DNA of 64,000 nt from Armatimonadota bacterium (lineage in GTDB: Bacteria > Armatimonadota > HRBIN16): contig OY781964.1 of assembly GCA_963677485.1 (NCBI GenBank), positions 2,400,001-2,464,000 of the forward strand, given 5' to 3'. The notes under the pieces were generated by a model that did no database searches, was not told the origin of the DNA, and saw only the letters and a program-made list of their open reading frames with translations. Shown here in pieces: positions 40,001-50,107 of the stretch. Every line of letters begins with the position of its first letter. Positions within the stretch are counted from its first letter, which is position 1. Made by a program: the position numbers and the translations under genes.

Positions 40001-40165
40001 CCGGAACGCATCATCGCCCGGTTCCGGCATCCTGAGAAAAAGCCCATCATCGATCTGCGAGTGAACGGAATGCTTCATGAGCAGTATGATCCGGTCACCG
40101 GTGATGTGGATATTACGGGTTTCACTGGGAAAGTAAGTGTAGAGGCAAGATATGAATCTTTATAA
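37028..40165 (+). CDS. Large uncharacterised glycosidase-like protein with a probable C-terminal (alpha/alpha)6 barrel
   Basis: GW.LW..AEHY.MTRD.EW, W..RQR, G.MPA.SLED, A.RL..EA..FK.D; C-terminal GRAVPR.WL..AATHFG.V module; AGGAG RBS. Confidence 0.6.
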   Translation: MNISHNAIDIAPFALPNCAEGEIRWEEPRDISRLVLRFATDPTSDIIVRYQRNLWPNSRVERDYRGIDNAMQYGWGAVDDWFNTPWVEASVEIRKLEACVYEISFQPLCSELPDYTDYNVQFRRTMGLKIQADTQIDELNVYTRWEPTSTTLEVQLDCGGETSGGIKAVHCYNTVIEGIDGQLSDRSFRVRFRHLQAAMAHAGDTGHVRFELDHDQFTISLESLAKQGPIWYEPEHIYTKRADDRTSFEDYLQSIEGASTLNQRVLATHDQGLGGALMGQPRAHPVSNSIGCKYARQRFWVEYNGDLVLTKSNIDLVTMSDTPRYLNKSDARLFFGLESWRSMGRFADPSPVLAQNLHFVSDGLVCEQKSYAIPLLKGIDEPLTGDDSIIAMVRMRFRNDGFMLIKMELPLEYSAESARSSNRTGAGHYDKNTNDYLVPLSPREPLTIEREKGTTLVYGRHDGQKVLRFMIDADSDVQISTTETGLVISQMLKPGEGCEAIIKLPFIALDRPDELAALQDLSFENGYQQIRKYWYDQAAFGTQLHTPEARLNELHAIHPAHVGTADVGMSDEPDLVNTSVGSSTYGNFVNESVMIMQELDERGLHDEVRRRLAVWLKYQGQIGLTGNFSDHDGVFYAAGGFEMGETYSQHHGWALWGFAEHYFMTRDKEWFSSIAPQLINGGDWVFRQRALTMEPLPHSRGWEHGFMPAASLEDVADYFYWLTTNTMSWKGVDRLAAAFEACKHPEAARLRQEADAFKADLLRGFNTARQHSPIVRLRDGRWVPHTPSRLYRRGRDSGWIREVLEGSVYLVMMGLIDPNSKQAGWILDDYQDNRYISEDYGYPIYDVKHFWYDSGGFSCQPNLLAGLMPHLDRDEIEVYLWMFYNAWAATYREETNAMVEHPMPVLGQSNSAWVKTSDQANSQRWLRYMFVYAPHDVLYIGRAVPRGWLKSTKPVGVKRAATHFGVVDAAYIAMPSRYTIRLDIQLNLHSTPERIIARFRHPEKKPIIDLRVNGMLHEQYDPVTGDVDITGFTGKVSVEARYESL

Positions 40166-40230
40166 GGGTGGGATCCGGTTTGTGAAAAGCGACTGCTATG
40201 TACCGCTTGAAGAGGCGCATACCGGCCACC

Positions 40231-40465
40231 CGGTGAGCTAAAAGTAGACCAGAGCCTTCCTATGGGCCGTGGCTGCATCGTGCGGCTGGACGACTCCGAC
40301 ATCCCCCACTGGAGCACCTCCATCGCGCAGGTACTGCGCCAGATGGCGGCCAGTCAGCCCGATCTGCACGGGGTGAACCCCAGGCAAGATGGCAAGTTCC
40401 GCACCCAGTTTTCCGATGGCTGGTTGAGTTTCGATCCGAAGACGGGCACGACGCGCTGGGAGTAA
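40231..40465 (+). pseudogene. Orphan 3' fragment paralogous to the end of the 42000-43691 gene
   Basis: GELKVDQSLPMGRGCIVRLDD...HGVNPRQDGKFRTQF.D.WLS.DPKTG.TRWE* aligns with GELNVEQSVPVGRGRIVRLDD...TRWE*. Confidence 0.8.
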
Positions 40466-40674
40466 TCTCGATTCGCGGATGATGCGGGTTTCTGGGGGCC
40501 TTCGGTCCAATCTGTCCGAACCGGCGGGAATGGTAACCTGCGAATGGATCCGACAGTAATATTACCTGTTTTTGGGCATACCGAGGTGTAAACGAAGTAT
40601 CTATGAAGCTTATATGTGTTACGATTATAGACGATATCTAGTCTTTTTAGCGATCATATGTGGAGGGCCAACAA

Positions 40675-41355
40675 ATGATACATCGTAAAGCCTTTACGAT
40701 CTTGGAGCTGCTAGTCGTCATTGCCATTATTGGTGTGTTGGCCGCAGTGTTATTCCCGGTCATCATGGGCGCCAAGCAGAAGAGCAAAAAGGTAGTGTGT
40801 CTATCGAACCTTCACCAGTGCGGTGTAGCACTTAGGTTGTATATGGACGACTATGGCACCAATGTTCCGCCAGACACCGCTGTGGCACGTGAACTACTTA
40901 AGAAACAACCCACCTGCTGTCCCAACGACAAAGAGTGGACAAAAGGCTGCACACAGCAGTTTGGACCGCCCATGATTGGATCCTATGCCTATGTTCGCGC
41001 TATTCCCGGCATGGAGAAAGTGCCTGATGATAAACTCACCCATTTTTTCAACTTGAAGAGTTCGGATTTTTATAACAACGAAGGTGTGATATGGATGGCT
41101 GATGTATTCCATTCGTCGCACGGAATACCTGCTCCATACTATGTTGATAAGGAAAGCCTCCCCGAGTATTGGAAAAGAGTAAACACAGACCGAACTTACA
41201 TGCCAGACAATCAGATCCGACTGTTCGATGACGGTCATGTGAGTATGAGTAAACCTACCACCATACATACTGCTATTGGATCGACGAACATCGGATTTGC
41301 CTGGGGAACTGTGTTTGAGCTAGACGACGGCATGAGCAATGAATTCCAGCACTAG
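40675..41355 (+). CDS. Prepilin-type N-terminal cleavage/methylation domain protein (DUF1559-like)
   Basis: RKAFTILELLVVIAIIGVLAAVLFPV...CLSNL.Q.G.AL.LY..DY; C-terminal H.....LF.DGHV motif. Confidence 0.85.
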   Translation: MIHRKAFTILELLVVIAIIGVLAAVLFPVIMGAKQKSKKVVCLSNLHQCGVALRLYMDDYGTNVPPDTAVARELLKKQPTCCPNDKEWTKGCTQQFGPPMIGSYAYVRAIPGMEKVPDDKLTHFFNLKSSDFYNNEGVIWMADVFHSSHGIPAPYYVDKESLPEYWKRVNTDRTYMPDNQIRLFDDGHVSMSKPTTIHTAIGSTNIGFAWGTVFELDDGMSNEFQH

Positions 41356-41384
41356 AAGTTCGTTGAATATAACACATACATGAT

Positions 41385-41921
41385 TTGGAGGTCGCAGGCT
41401 TGATAGATAACATACGGAATGCCATATTGTGCATATACTCTTCGCTGCGTGATGACATCACCTCAAATAAGAAACTGGCGGTGGCTTACGTGTTTATACT
41501 TTTTCTGACTGGGTGTATAACGGCACTTATATGGTATTTGTTCATGGTACCAACGGAAACGACCATAAGGCCGGTTGGGCCACCTCCGGCAGGTAGCTTT
41601 ATCACTCTATTCCATATAGCTATTTTTGCGTTGACAATTGTCAGCATTGCTTGTTTATTAAGGTGGTACTGGCCACTATTTGCGATGATGCTGTTTATCT
41701 ATTTCAGTTGGTCGATGTATTTGGCATCCACCGCCATGAGCAATGATCCAAATGGAGTAGACCGTATGGGTGTGTTCCTCATCATATTCCCAACCGCATT
41801 GGTAACACTAGCCGTCCCATCATTGGTGTTCTATGTATTGTGTTTCCTGGCACAGTTGCCACGTCCACAAAGCAGGGGTTGGGGAGCGTTCCTGAGGGAG
41901 CATCAATCGATAGGTAAGTAG
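41385..41921 (+). CDS. AT-rich 4-TM hypothetical membrane protein
   Basis: Four hydrophobic segments; composition visibly more AT-rich than the host genes. Confidence 0.55.
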   Translation: MEVAGLIDNIRNAILCIYSSLRDDITSNKKLAVAYVFILFLTGCITALIWYLFMVPTETTIRPVGPPPAGSFITLFHIAIFALTIVSIACLLRWYWPLFAMMLFIYFSWSMYLASTAMSNDPNGVDRMGVFLIIFPTALVTLAVPSLVFYVLCFLAQLPRPQSRGWGAFLREHQSIGK

Positions 41922-41999
41922 AGCCGATTCGCGATCGACCCCCTCCAAACCGTCGCGGTTGGCTGGAGTAGTGACAAGATAATAAGGTGAGAATTTCGA

Positions 42000-43691
42000 A
42001 TGCCATATAACGCCGACAAGATGCACTTCGCCTCCGGCGTGTTGATGCTGCCCGATTTTCCGGGCTGTAACAACCGGGGCGTGATCACCGATCAGATGGT
42101 GCCCGGTCACGACCATGTGGAAGCCTACCTCTTCTGGCGGATGCTGGAGCCTCAGCAAGACCGGTGGCAATGGGATAAGGTCGACGAAATTTTGGAGCTG
42201 ATGAAGCCCCGCGGCCAAAAGATGCTGGCCACCCCATGGTTGAACTACGCCCCCAAGTGGTTTGTGAACAGCGACCGTTATGTGCCCCTCCAGGAGATGC
42301 ACACCGGCAAGACCGTCGACCTGCTTTCCATCTGGGCTCCTGGCACCTGGTGGGTGTATGAGCACTTCTACAAGCAACTGGCAGCGAAATACGGCGATCA
42401 GATCGACATCATAAAGGTCAGCCTGCCCAGCTCCGACTTTGGCGAGGTGGGTTACCCCATGGGGGTGGCCGACTTCACCTCAGGTAGGATGTATGGTGAG
42501 CCGTTCCCGCAGTCCAAGGACGCCTGGCATATGGGCATGTGGTGCGGCGACCCGTATGCGGTGGCGAGCTTCCGCAAGGCGATGTCTCAGCCTTACCGCT
42601 CGCTGGGTGCTCTGAACAAGCTTTGGTGCACGAGCTACACGCACTGGGACCAACTGGAAATGATGCGGATAGAGGATCGCAAGCAGTGCACTCAGCGCTG
42701 GCTTGACCTAATGGCCTGGTACAACAACAGTCAGGTAGAGGCCACACGCAAGGCCATGAAGATCGTGCGAAAGTACTTCCCGAAAGCCTATCTGGAGGTA
42801 CCGCTGGGTTACGGCTGCGATCTGCCGCAATACGGCTGCGACCGCACGGCTCTGTGCCGCGTGGTGGGCGAGTTCGGCAACGCTGCCGTGCGCAGCACGC
42901 ACGGCAGCTTCAACCGATGGGTTGTGCCTGCTGCATACTGGTTCTATAAGCGTATGGCACCGGTCTGCCACAGATACGGCGCAGGTTTTGGTACAGAGCC
43001 GCCCGGTGGAGACCTCACGCCAGCCGAGATGAAACGGCAGCTTTTTGAGGATGCCAGCGGAGGTGTGAATCTGCTGTATAGTTATTATCAAAACTGGCAC
43101 ACGCTGCCGGATGTAGCCAAACAATGGAGCACCTTCTGCCGACCTTCGAAGCTCTCTATGGTCTCAGTGGGTGTGATCTATTCCAACACTCAGATGGCCC
43201 TTGACCTCGCCGAATACCCCGTCGGGCAGTGGGAGCTGTTCGACGCACTTCGCCCCACAGTGGACATGGATGTGGTCGATGAACACATGATGAGCTGGGG
43301 CTGGCTGTCGCAATACAAGCTGCTGATCAACACCAACGGCAAGACATATCCCAAAGAGTGCCTGAGCCTTCTGTGGAAGTGGCTGCAAAAAGGCGGGGTG
43401 CTGATCACCCGCGGCGGGTCAACGTTGTCGGACGTCGAGGGGCGCGCCTGGCCTATCGGGGAGCTGAATGTGGAACAGAGCGTCCCCGTGGGCCGTGGGC
43501 GCATCGTGCGGCTGGACGATGCAGATATTGTGCGTTGGAGTGCTGCCATCGCCCAGATGCTGCGGCAGATGGCCGCCAAACAGCCAGAGCTACACGGCGT
43601 GAACCCCAAGCAGGACGGTAAATGGCGCACGCAGTTCACCGACCGATGGCTGAGCTACGACCCGAAGACGGGCAAAACCCGCTGGGAGTAG
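42000..43691 (+). CDS. Beta-galactosidase/beta-amylase-like (GH42/GH14-like) TIM-barrel hydrolase
   Basis: W..LEP....WQW..VD, YAPKWF, DFGEVGYP, LN.LW.TSY..WD, FGTEP; C-terminal trimerisation-like domain. Confidence 0.65.
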   Translation: MPYNADKMHFASGVLMLPDFPGCNNRGVITDQMVPGHDHVEAYLFWRMLEPQQDRWQWDKVDEILELMKPRGQKMLATPWLNYAPKWFVNSDRYVPLQEMHTGKTVDLLSIWAPGTWWVYEHFYKQLAAKYGDQIDIIKVSLPSSDFGEVGYPMGVADFTSGRMYGEPFPQSKDAWHMGMWCGDPYAVASFRKAMSQPYRSLGALNKLWCTSYTHWDQLEMMRIEDRKQCTQRWLDLMAWYNNSQVEATRKAMKIVRKYFPKAYLEVPLGYGCDLPQYGCDRTALCRVVGEFGNAAVRSTHGSFNRWVVPAAYWFYKRMAPVCHRYGAGFGTEPPGGDLTPAEMKRQLFEDASGGVNLLYSYYQNWHTLPDVAKQWSTFCRPSKLSMVSVGVIYSNTQMALDLAEYPVGQWELFDALRPTVDMDVVDEHMMSWGWLSQYKLLINTNGKTYPKECLSLLWKWLQKGGVLITRGGSTLSDVEGRAWPIGELNVEQSVPVGRGRIVRLDDADIVRWSAAIAQMLRQMAAKQPELHGVNPKQDGKWRTQFTDRWLSYDPKTGKTRWE

Positions 43692-44158
43692 GGGCCATTG
43701 GCGGGTTTGTGTCAAGCTTCATCGGTCGGATCGGTCGGATCCGTCCGATGAATGGTGCGTCACGTGGCACGGATGGCGGGTACACAACGCAATGGCGCAA
43801 AGGTGCAAGGGACGCAGAGGGGTATTCCATCCGCGTTCATCTGCGTCCATCCGCGGTTTAGGTAATCTTTCGCAGCAGGGGTGCCCACCGTCCGCTTCAC
43901 CGGACCGGTACTGATCAGCGATGGGTGACAAGGCTCGCTTTAGCGGGTTGCCGGAACCCGTCGCACATGACCGCGTAGCGCGGACGACGGGCATCCAACG
44001 CAATGGCGCAAAGGGGCAAGGGACGCAGAGGACCATCCCATCAGTCCCCATCCGCGGTTCACAAAAAAACTAATATGCCTGTTAAGCAGTTGACATTTAT
44101 TGAAACGAAGGCGTATAGTCATATCATGCTGTAAAGGAAATGGACCCAATCCGCATGA

Positions 44159-44392
44159 GTGGGAGAGCCAACCGTAGATATGACTCGCCTCGTCGTCTTT
44201 TTCCATGGATGGCAGCCGTTCCTTCTGGTTGTTGTATTCTTGCTGATGTTCATGAACCGCAAACGACCAGACTACAAAGCGCGCGGTGTGCTGATCTGCA
44301 CTGCCGCAGTGTTGGTCTTTACGCCAGTAGTTGGGTGTGTCCAAGGCATGCGCTACAATCTCAGTATCGTCGTAATGGTATTAAGTTGGTAA
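44159..44392 (+). CDS. Small hypothetical membrane protein
   Basis: Hydrophobic 77-aa ORF; a TTGACA promoter-like hexamer lies upstream at 44091. Confidence 0.35.
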   Translation: MGEPTVDMTRLVVFFHGWQPFLLVVVFLLMFMNRKRPDYKARGVLICTAAVLVFTPVVGCVQGMRYNLSIVVMVLSW

Positions 44393-44536
44393 AGTCGTCT
44401 ACGCCCCAGCATATAGTGCAAGACGGATCTGGTATCATGGCTACGATATGTGGCCAGAGTTATGACATTCATATGGGTGACGTGAAGGGATATTAAACGT
44501 CTACCAGAAACTTCGTATGTGCAAAGGAGTGTTGAA

Positions 44537-45130
44537 ATGGATCAAGAATGTTCTGTGTGCGGCCGAGTGCAGCCTGTAGAAAGTCGCTATTGCCCTTACT
44601 GTGGTGCCGATCGTCAGACCTCAAGCCGGCGTGACGACGGTGTGCAGTCAATAAAGTCCTACATATTACGTATAGTTTTAATATTAGTGGCTGTGTTTGT
44701 CGTGATCCCGGGGTTGGTAAGGCTTATCGTGGGGTTGTTTGTGGTTTCCTATTTCGGATCATCGCCGGTGCCAGAACAGCAGGTGCAGGTCAGTAATCCA
44801 TCGACACCAGAAGTGCATACTACACAGACCTCTGGCGGCGTTCTTGGCGGCGGTAGTGTTAAAGCACCAAAACATATATCGGGTTCGATCCGCACTTACA
44901 ACGGCAACACGCCAGTGAACACACCCCACCAGTTTATGTCAATATCAAAATATCGTATACCGGGAATGAAGATATATGTAAAAGTAGGGGCTGGCGTATA
45001 CACATATCACGCAGCTTACATCAGCGATGATGGGATTAATTGTGATGTGCGATTCCCAGATGGGTCGGTCGGAAGGATGGAGAACCGTGCTCTCAATAAA
45101 CTATATACCGACTATTTGGCCCCTCGCTAG
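44537..45130 (+). CDS. Zinc-ribbon (CxxC...CPxCG) single-pass membrane protein
   Basis: CSVCG....YCPYCG, then a TM segment and a Pro/Thr linker; AGGAG RBS. Confidence 0.7.
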   Translation: MDQECSVCGRVQPVESRYCPYCGADRQTSSRRDDGVQSIKSYILRIVLILVAVFVVIPGLVRLIVGLFVVSYFGSSPVPEQQVQVSNPSTPEVHTTQTSGGVLGGGSVKAPKHISGSIRTYNGNTPVNTPHQFMSISKYRIPGMKIYVKVGAGVYTYHAAYISDDGINCDVRFPDGSVGRMENRALNKLYTDYLAPR

Positions 45131-45475
45131 CCGGGTTAAGGGGGAATATCAATCCACAGATGACGGGCATCCAACGCAAAGACGCAAAGGTGCAACGGAC
45201 GCAGAGGGGTATCCCATCCGCGTTCATCTGCGTCCATCCGCGGTTTTAGTAACCCTCCGCTGCGGCGGCGGCACCTCGCCGGGCAAGAAGCTTAAGAACG
45301 AAAAACCCAGCAGATTTACCCGTCCTGCATCCCTTGCACAACCCCGATATACCAAAATGCACCCAATCGGTAGTATGATATGTTGGTATAGAGTGTCGGT
45401 GTTTGGCAATTATAACAAAGCTGATCACGCCCCTATCCTTAGTATTCCGGCATTCCGAAGAAAGGATCAGTGTTC

Positions 45476-48400
45476 ATGGCACGTCCGCGTATCACCATTG
45501 ACGGCAACGAAGCGGCAGCTTATGTTGCATACAAGACTAACGAAGTCATCGCCATCTATCCCATCACACCTTCATCCAATATGGGTGAGTGGTCGGATGA
45601 ATGGGCAGCCAAGCATGATAAGAACATCTGGGGCGTAGTACCCAGCGTGAAAGAGATGCAGAGTGAGGGAGGCGCCGCTGGTGCCGTGCATGGTGCCCTT
45701 CAAGCTGGATCGCTGACCACCACATTCACCGCAAGCCAAGGCTTGCTGTTGATGATCCCGAACATGTTTAAAATCGCTGGCGAACTCACCAGCACCGTGT
45801 TCCACATCGCAGCCCGAACAATCGCTACCCATGCACTTAGCATCTTCGGTGATCATTCGGACGTCATGTCCACCCGAAGCTGCGGCTGGGCCATGCTGAG
45901 CAGCAACAACGTGCAAGAGGTCATGGACCTGGCGTTGATTGCTCAAGCCGCCACTCTGGAAGCCAGGGTGCCCTTCATACACTTTTTTGACGGTTTCCGC
46001 ATTAGCCACGAGTTGTCCAAAATCGAGAAGTTGACCGATGAGGACATCAGGGCTATGATTGACGACGATCTCGTGAATGCGCACCGACAGCGCGGGCTTA
46101 ACCCAGAGCACCCGGTGATGCGCGGTACCGCCCAAAACCCAGACGTCTTCTTCCAGGCTCGTGAAGCCTGCAACCCATATTACGCCGCCACTCCCGCCAT
46201 CGTTCAGAAGGCTATGGACAAGTTTGCCTCCATCGTTGGCCGCCAGTACAAGCTGTTCGATTATGTGGGTGCTCCAGACGCAGAGCGTGTGGTCATCGCC
46301 ATGGGCAGCGGTTGTGAAACGGTGGAAGAGACCGTTGAAGCACTGTTGGCTAAGGGCGAAAAGGTCGGCGTGCTGAAGGTTCGCCTCTACCGTCCATTCT
46401 CACCAGAGGATATGATTGCCGCCATCCCGACCACCGTGAAGAGCCTCGTGGTGCTGGACCGCACCAAAGAGCCCGGTGGATTGGGCGAGCCTTTATATCA
46501 AGACGTGATGACCGCCTATGCAGAACGCTACAACGAAACCGGCATCCTGCCTCCCAAGATCATCGGCGGCCGCTACGGACTGAGCTCCAAGGAGTTCACC
46601 CCAGCTATGGCCAAGGCTGTGCTGGATGAGCCGTTGAAGGCCCATCCCAAGAACCACTTCACAGTGGGCATTGATGATGACGTGTCTCATACCAGCCTGG
46701 AGGTTCCTGAATTCCACGTGGAGATGAATGACGTCACCCGTGCCATGTTCTGGGGACTGGGAGCCGACGGTACCGTTGGTGCCAACAAGAACTCCATCAA
46801 GATCATCGGTGAAGATACCGACAACTACGCTCAGGGCTACTTCGTGTATGACAGCAAGAAGTCCGGCGCAGCCACCACCTCCCACCTTCGGTTTGGCCCA
46901 CGCCCCATCAAGGCGCACTACCTTATCCAGAAGGCGAACTTCATCGCTGTTCACCAGAGCAACTTTATTGAGCGATACGATGTGCTGGGAGCGGCTGCAC
47001 AAGATGGCGTGTTCCTTCTGAATACCCCATTCAGCGCCGACGAAGTCTGGGATCAGATGCCCAAGACGGTGCAAGAGCACATTATCAATAAGAACCTTCG
47101 CTTCTTCGTGATCAACGCTTACGATGTGGCTAAGAAGACCAACATGGGTGTGCGCATTAACACCATCATGCAGACATGCTTCTTTGCCATCTCCGGTGTT
47201 CTTCCTCGCGAAGAGGCTATTGAGCACATCAAGAAGTCCATTAAAAAAACTTACGGTAAGCGCGGTGATGCCATCGTAGCACAGAACTTCGCTGCTGTGG
47301 ATGCCGCTCTGGAATACATGCATCAGGTCAGCGTTCCATCAACCGTCAGCAGCAAGATCGATATGCGCGCAGCGGTACCGGAGAATGCTCCTGAGTTCGT
47401 GAAGGGCCTGACGGCTGAGATCATCGCAGGACGCGGAGACGCTTGCCCTGTGAGCATGATGCCAGTCGATGGCACCTTCCCCACAGGCACCACCCAGTGG
47501 GAACGCCGCAACATCGCTCTGGACGTACCGGTCTGGGATCCCAGCACCTGTATCCAGTGCGGCAAGTGTTCGCTGGTCTGCCCGCACGGTGTCATCCGCA
47601 GCAAGGTTGTCAGTGACGCTGAGCTGGCTGGTGCTCCTGAAGGCTTCCAGACCACTGCTGCCAAGTGGAAAGAGTTCGATGGCAAGAAATACACGCTTGC
47701 TGTGTCGGTGGAAGACTGCACTGGCTGCGGCTTATGCGTAAACTACTGCCCCGCCAAGAACAAGAGCAACGTCAGCCTGAAGGCCATCAACATGACCCCT
47801 CTGGCCGACGTGCGCGAAAAGGGCATGGCCGACTGGGACTTCTTCAAGAGTCTCCCAGCCACCGACCGTGCTAGCGGGTTGCGCTTCAACATGACCAAGA
47901 ACCTGCAGTTGCTTGAACCCTACTTTGAGTTCAGCGGTGCCTGTTCTGGTTGCGGCGAAACACCATACGTGAAGGTGATCAGCCAGATGTTTGGCGATCG
48001 CATGATCGTGGCCAACGCCACCGGATGCTCCAGTATCTACGGCGGTAACCTGCCCACCACCCCGTGGTGCCAGGACAAGGACGGCCGCGGTCCGGCATGG
48101 GCCAACAGCCTGTTTGAGGACAACGCCGAGTTCGGTCTGGGTATGCGTCTGGCTGTTGATCAGCAGCGCGGCTACGCCGTCAGCATGTTGACCAAGCTGC
48201 AAGACAAACTGGGTGCGGAACTGGTTGACGCGATCGTTCATGCCGACCAGAGCAGCGAAGAGGGCATCGCCGCTCAGCGCGAGCGAGTGGCTGCCGTCAA
48301 GGCGAAGATCACCGCTTGTGATTGTGCAGACTGCACGAACCTTCTGGGTGTTTTGGACCAGATGGTGAAGCGCAGTGTGTGGATATTCGGCGGCGACGGT

Positions 48401-49033
48401 TGGGCATACGACATCGGCTACGGCGGTTTGGATCACGTGCTGGCTAGCGGCCTGAACGTGAACGTGATGGTTCTGGACACCGAGGTGTATTCCAACACCG
48501 GTGGACAGGCCAGCAAGGCCACTCCGTTCGGTGCTGTCGCGAAGTTCGCCTCCGGTGGTAAAGAGACCGGCAAGAAGGACCTCGGTCTGATGCAGTCCTC
48601 CTACGGTAACGTGTATGTGGCTCAGATCGCCATGGGTGCCAACGAGGGCCAGGCTTTACGCGCCATTCAGGAAGCGGAAGCTTATGAAGGCCCGTCCCTG
48701 ATCATTGCGTATTCGCACTGTATCGCCCACGGTATCGACATGGGTAACGGCCTTGCACAGCAGAAACTGGCTGTGGATTGCGGTTACTGGCCGCTGTGGC
48801 GTTACAACCCGTCATTAGTTGCCGAAGGCAAGAACCCATTCGTGCTTGATTCCGGCGATCCCAAGATCGCGTTGAAGGACTACATTTCAACCGAAGGCCG
48901 GTACAAGATACTCATGAAGTCTAACCCGGAAGCTGCTGCGGCCCTAGCTAAGCTATCGCAAGCAGCCGTTACCGAGCGCCTGAAGCACTTCAAAATGCTA
49001 GCGGCTGCCCCCGGCAGTGCAGAACAGGCCTAA
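45476..49033 (+). CDS. nifJ: Pyruvate:ferredoxin (flavodoxin) oxidoreductase
   Basis: [69 protein letters not shown]. Confidence 0.98.
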   Translation: MARPRITIDGNEAAAYVAYKTNEVIAIYPITPSSNMGEWSDEWAAKHDKNIWGVVPSVKEMQSEGGAAGAVHGALQAGSLTTTFTASQGLLLMIPNMFKIAGELTSTVFHIAARTIATHALSIFGDHSDVMSTRSCGWAMLSSNNVQEVMDLALIAQAATLEARVPFIHFFDGFRISHELSKIEKLTDEDIRAMIDDDLVNAHRQRGLNPEHPVMRGTAQNPDVFFQAREACNPYYAATPAIVQKAMDKFASIVGRQYKLFDYVGAPDAERVVIAMGSGCETVEETVEALLAKGEKVGVLKVRLYRPFSPEDMIAAIPTTVKSLVVLDRTKEPGGLGEPLYQDVMTAYAERYNETGILPPKIIGGRYGLSSKEFTPAMAKAVLDEPLKAHPKNHFTVGIDDDVSHTSLEVPEFHVEMNDVTRAMFWGLGADGTVGANKNSIKIIGEDTDNYAQGYFVYDSKKSGAATTSHLRFGPRPIKAHYLIQKANFIAVHQSNFIERYDVLGAAAQDGVFLLNTPFSADEVWDQMPKTVQEHIINKNLRFFVINAYDVAKKTNMGVRINTIMQTCFFAISGVLPREEAIEHIKKSIKKTYGKRGDAIVAQNFAAVDAALEYMHQVSVPSTVSSKIDMRAAVPENAPEFVKGLTAEIIAGRGDACPVSMMPVDGTFPTGTTQWERRNIALDVPVWDPSTCIQCGKCSLVCPHGVIRSKVVSDAELAGAPEGFQTTAAKWKEFDGKKYTLAVSVEDCTGCGLCVNYCPAKNKSNVSLKAINMTPLADVREKGMADWDFFKSLPATDRASGLRFNMTKNLQLLEPYFEFSGACSGCGETPYVKVISQMFGDRMIVANATGCSSIYGGNLPTTPWCQDKDGRGPAWANSLFEDNAEFGLGMRLAVDQQRGYAVSMLTKLQDKLGAELVDAIVHADQSSEEGIAAQRERVAAVKAKITACDCADCTNLLGVLDQMVKRSVWIFGGDGWAYDIGYGGLDHVLASGLNVNVMVLDTEVYSNTGGQASKATPFGAVAKFASGGKETGKKDLGLMQSSYGNVYVAQIAMGANEGQALRAIQEAEAYEGPSLIIAYSHCIAHGIDMGNGLAQQKLAVDCGYWPLWRYNPSLVAEGKNPFVLDSGDPKIALKDYISTEGRYKILMKSNPEAAAALAKLSQAAVTERLKHFKMLAAAPGSAEQA

Positions 49034-49044
49034 CGGAGAAGGAG

Positions 49045-50049
49045 ATGACAATGGATCTGAGAACCACATACCTGGGGTTAGAGTTAAAGAACCCCATCGT
49101 CGCCTCTTCGTCACCCGTCACATACACTGTGGAGGGCATTAAGAAGCTGGCAGACGCCGGAGCTGGTGCCATCGTGATGCACTCTTTGTTTGAAGAGCAG
49201 ATCACCATGGAAGGTCAGCACCTCGACTACTACCTCACCTCAGGCACGGAGAGCTCCGCGGAAGCGATCAGCTATTTCCCTGAAGCTGAAGACTATAAAG
49301 TGGGCCCAGAGGCCTATCTTGACCTGATCAAACAGGGCAAGAAGCTGGTGGATGTGCCCATCATCGGCAGCTTGAACGGTGTGAGCACAGGCGGCTGGGT
49401 GGACTACGCGTCCAAAATCCAGTCGGCTGGTGCTGATGCGCTTGAGCTGAACCTCTATTATCTGCCCACCGATCCCAAGATCACCAGCAGCGAGATCGAG
49501 CAGGTCTATCTAGACGTGCTGACCGATGTCAAGAAGGCTGTGAGCATCCCTGTGGCAATGAAGCTGAGCCCATTCTTCAGCGCAACGCCCTGGGTGATCC
49601 GCCGATTTGCAGAGGCCGGTGCGGATGGTCTGGTCATGTTCAACCGCTTCTACCAGCCTGACCTCGATCTGGAGGCCCTTGAGGTCGTTCCCGATCTGAA
49701 GTTGAGCAAGAGCTATGAGATGCGCCTGGCCCTTCGCTGGGTGGCGATCATGAGCGGCAAGGTGAAGTCCGATCTGGCACTGACCACCGGTGTGCATACT
49801 GGCCAGGACGCGATCAAAGCGTTGATGGCTGGTGCGAAGGTGGCCATGGTGGCCAGTGAGCTGCTTGAGAACGGTCCGAAGCGCATTACAGCTATGCTGC
49901 AGGAGATGACCGACTGGCTGACGGAACACGACTACGAGAGTGCCGCGCAGTGCATCGGCAGTATGAGCCAGCAGCACGTGGCGGAACCCGCCGCGTTTGC
50001 CCGCGCGAACTACCTGAAGACTCTGAAGAGCTACCAGCTCCGCTGGTAG
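49045..50049 (+). CDS. Dihydroorotate dehydrogenase-like flavoprotein
   Basis: [44 protein letters not shown]...DA.K.L.AGA. Confidence 0.88.
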   Translation: MTMDLRTTYLGLELKNPIVASSSPVTYTVEGIKKLADAGAGAIVMHSLFEEQITMEGQHLDYYLTSGTESSAEAISYFPEAEDYKVGPEAYLDLIKQGKKLVDVPIIGSLNGVSTGGWVDYASKIQSAGADALELNLYYLPTDPKITSSEIEQVYLDVLTDVKKAVSIPVAMKLSPFFSATPWVIRRFAEAGADGLVMFNRFYQPDLDLEALEVVPDLKLSKSYEMRLALRWVAIMSGKVKSDLALTTGVHTGQDAIKALMAGAKVAMVASELLENGPKRITAMLQEMTDWLTEHDYESAAQCIGSMSQQHVAEPAAFARANYLKTLKSYQLRW

Positions 50050-50064
50050 GCCTCTGAAGTGCCA

Positions 50065-50100
50065 AATCATCCCCCCCGGGCTCCCCGGCGGGGGATGATT
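50065..50100 (+). terminator. Hairpin (probable terminator) after the DHOD-like gene, adjacent to the IS copy 2 insertion site
   Basis: AATCATCCCCC...GGGGGATGATT stem. Confidence 0.65.
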
Positions 50101-50107
50101 GCGTTTT

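Larger units (their letters stand above)
43721..45255. repeat. Three direct copies of an about 80-bp repeat (43785-43860, 43985-44060, 45160-45247) plus other REP modules
   Basis: CAACGCAA(T/A)G.CGCAAAGG.GCAA.GGACGCAGAGG...CATCC...CATCCGCGGTT. Confidence 0.75.

Noticed and set aside
40231-43691. Possible DGR template/variable repeat pair (40231-40465 versus about 43457-43691)
   Set aside because: The differences are not adenine-specific, many are synonymous, and there is no reverse transcriptase in the window.
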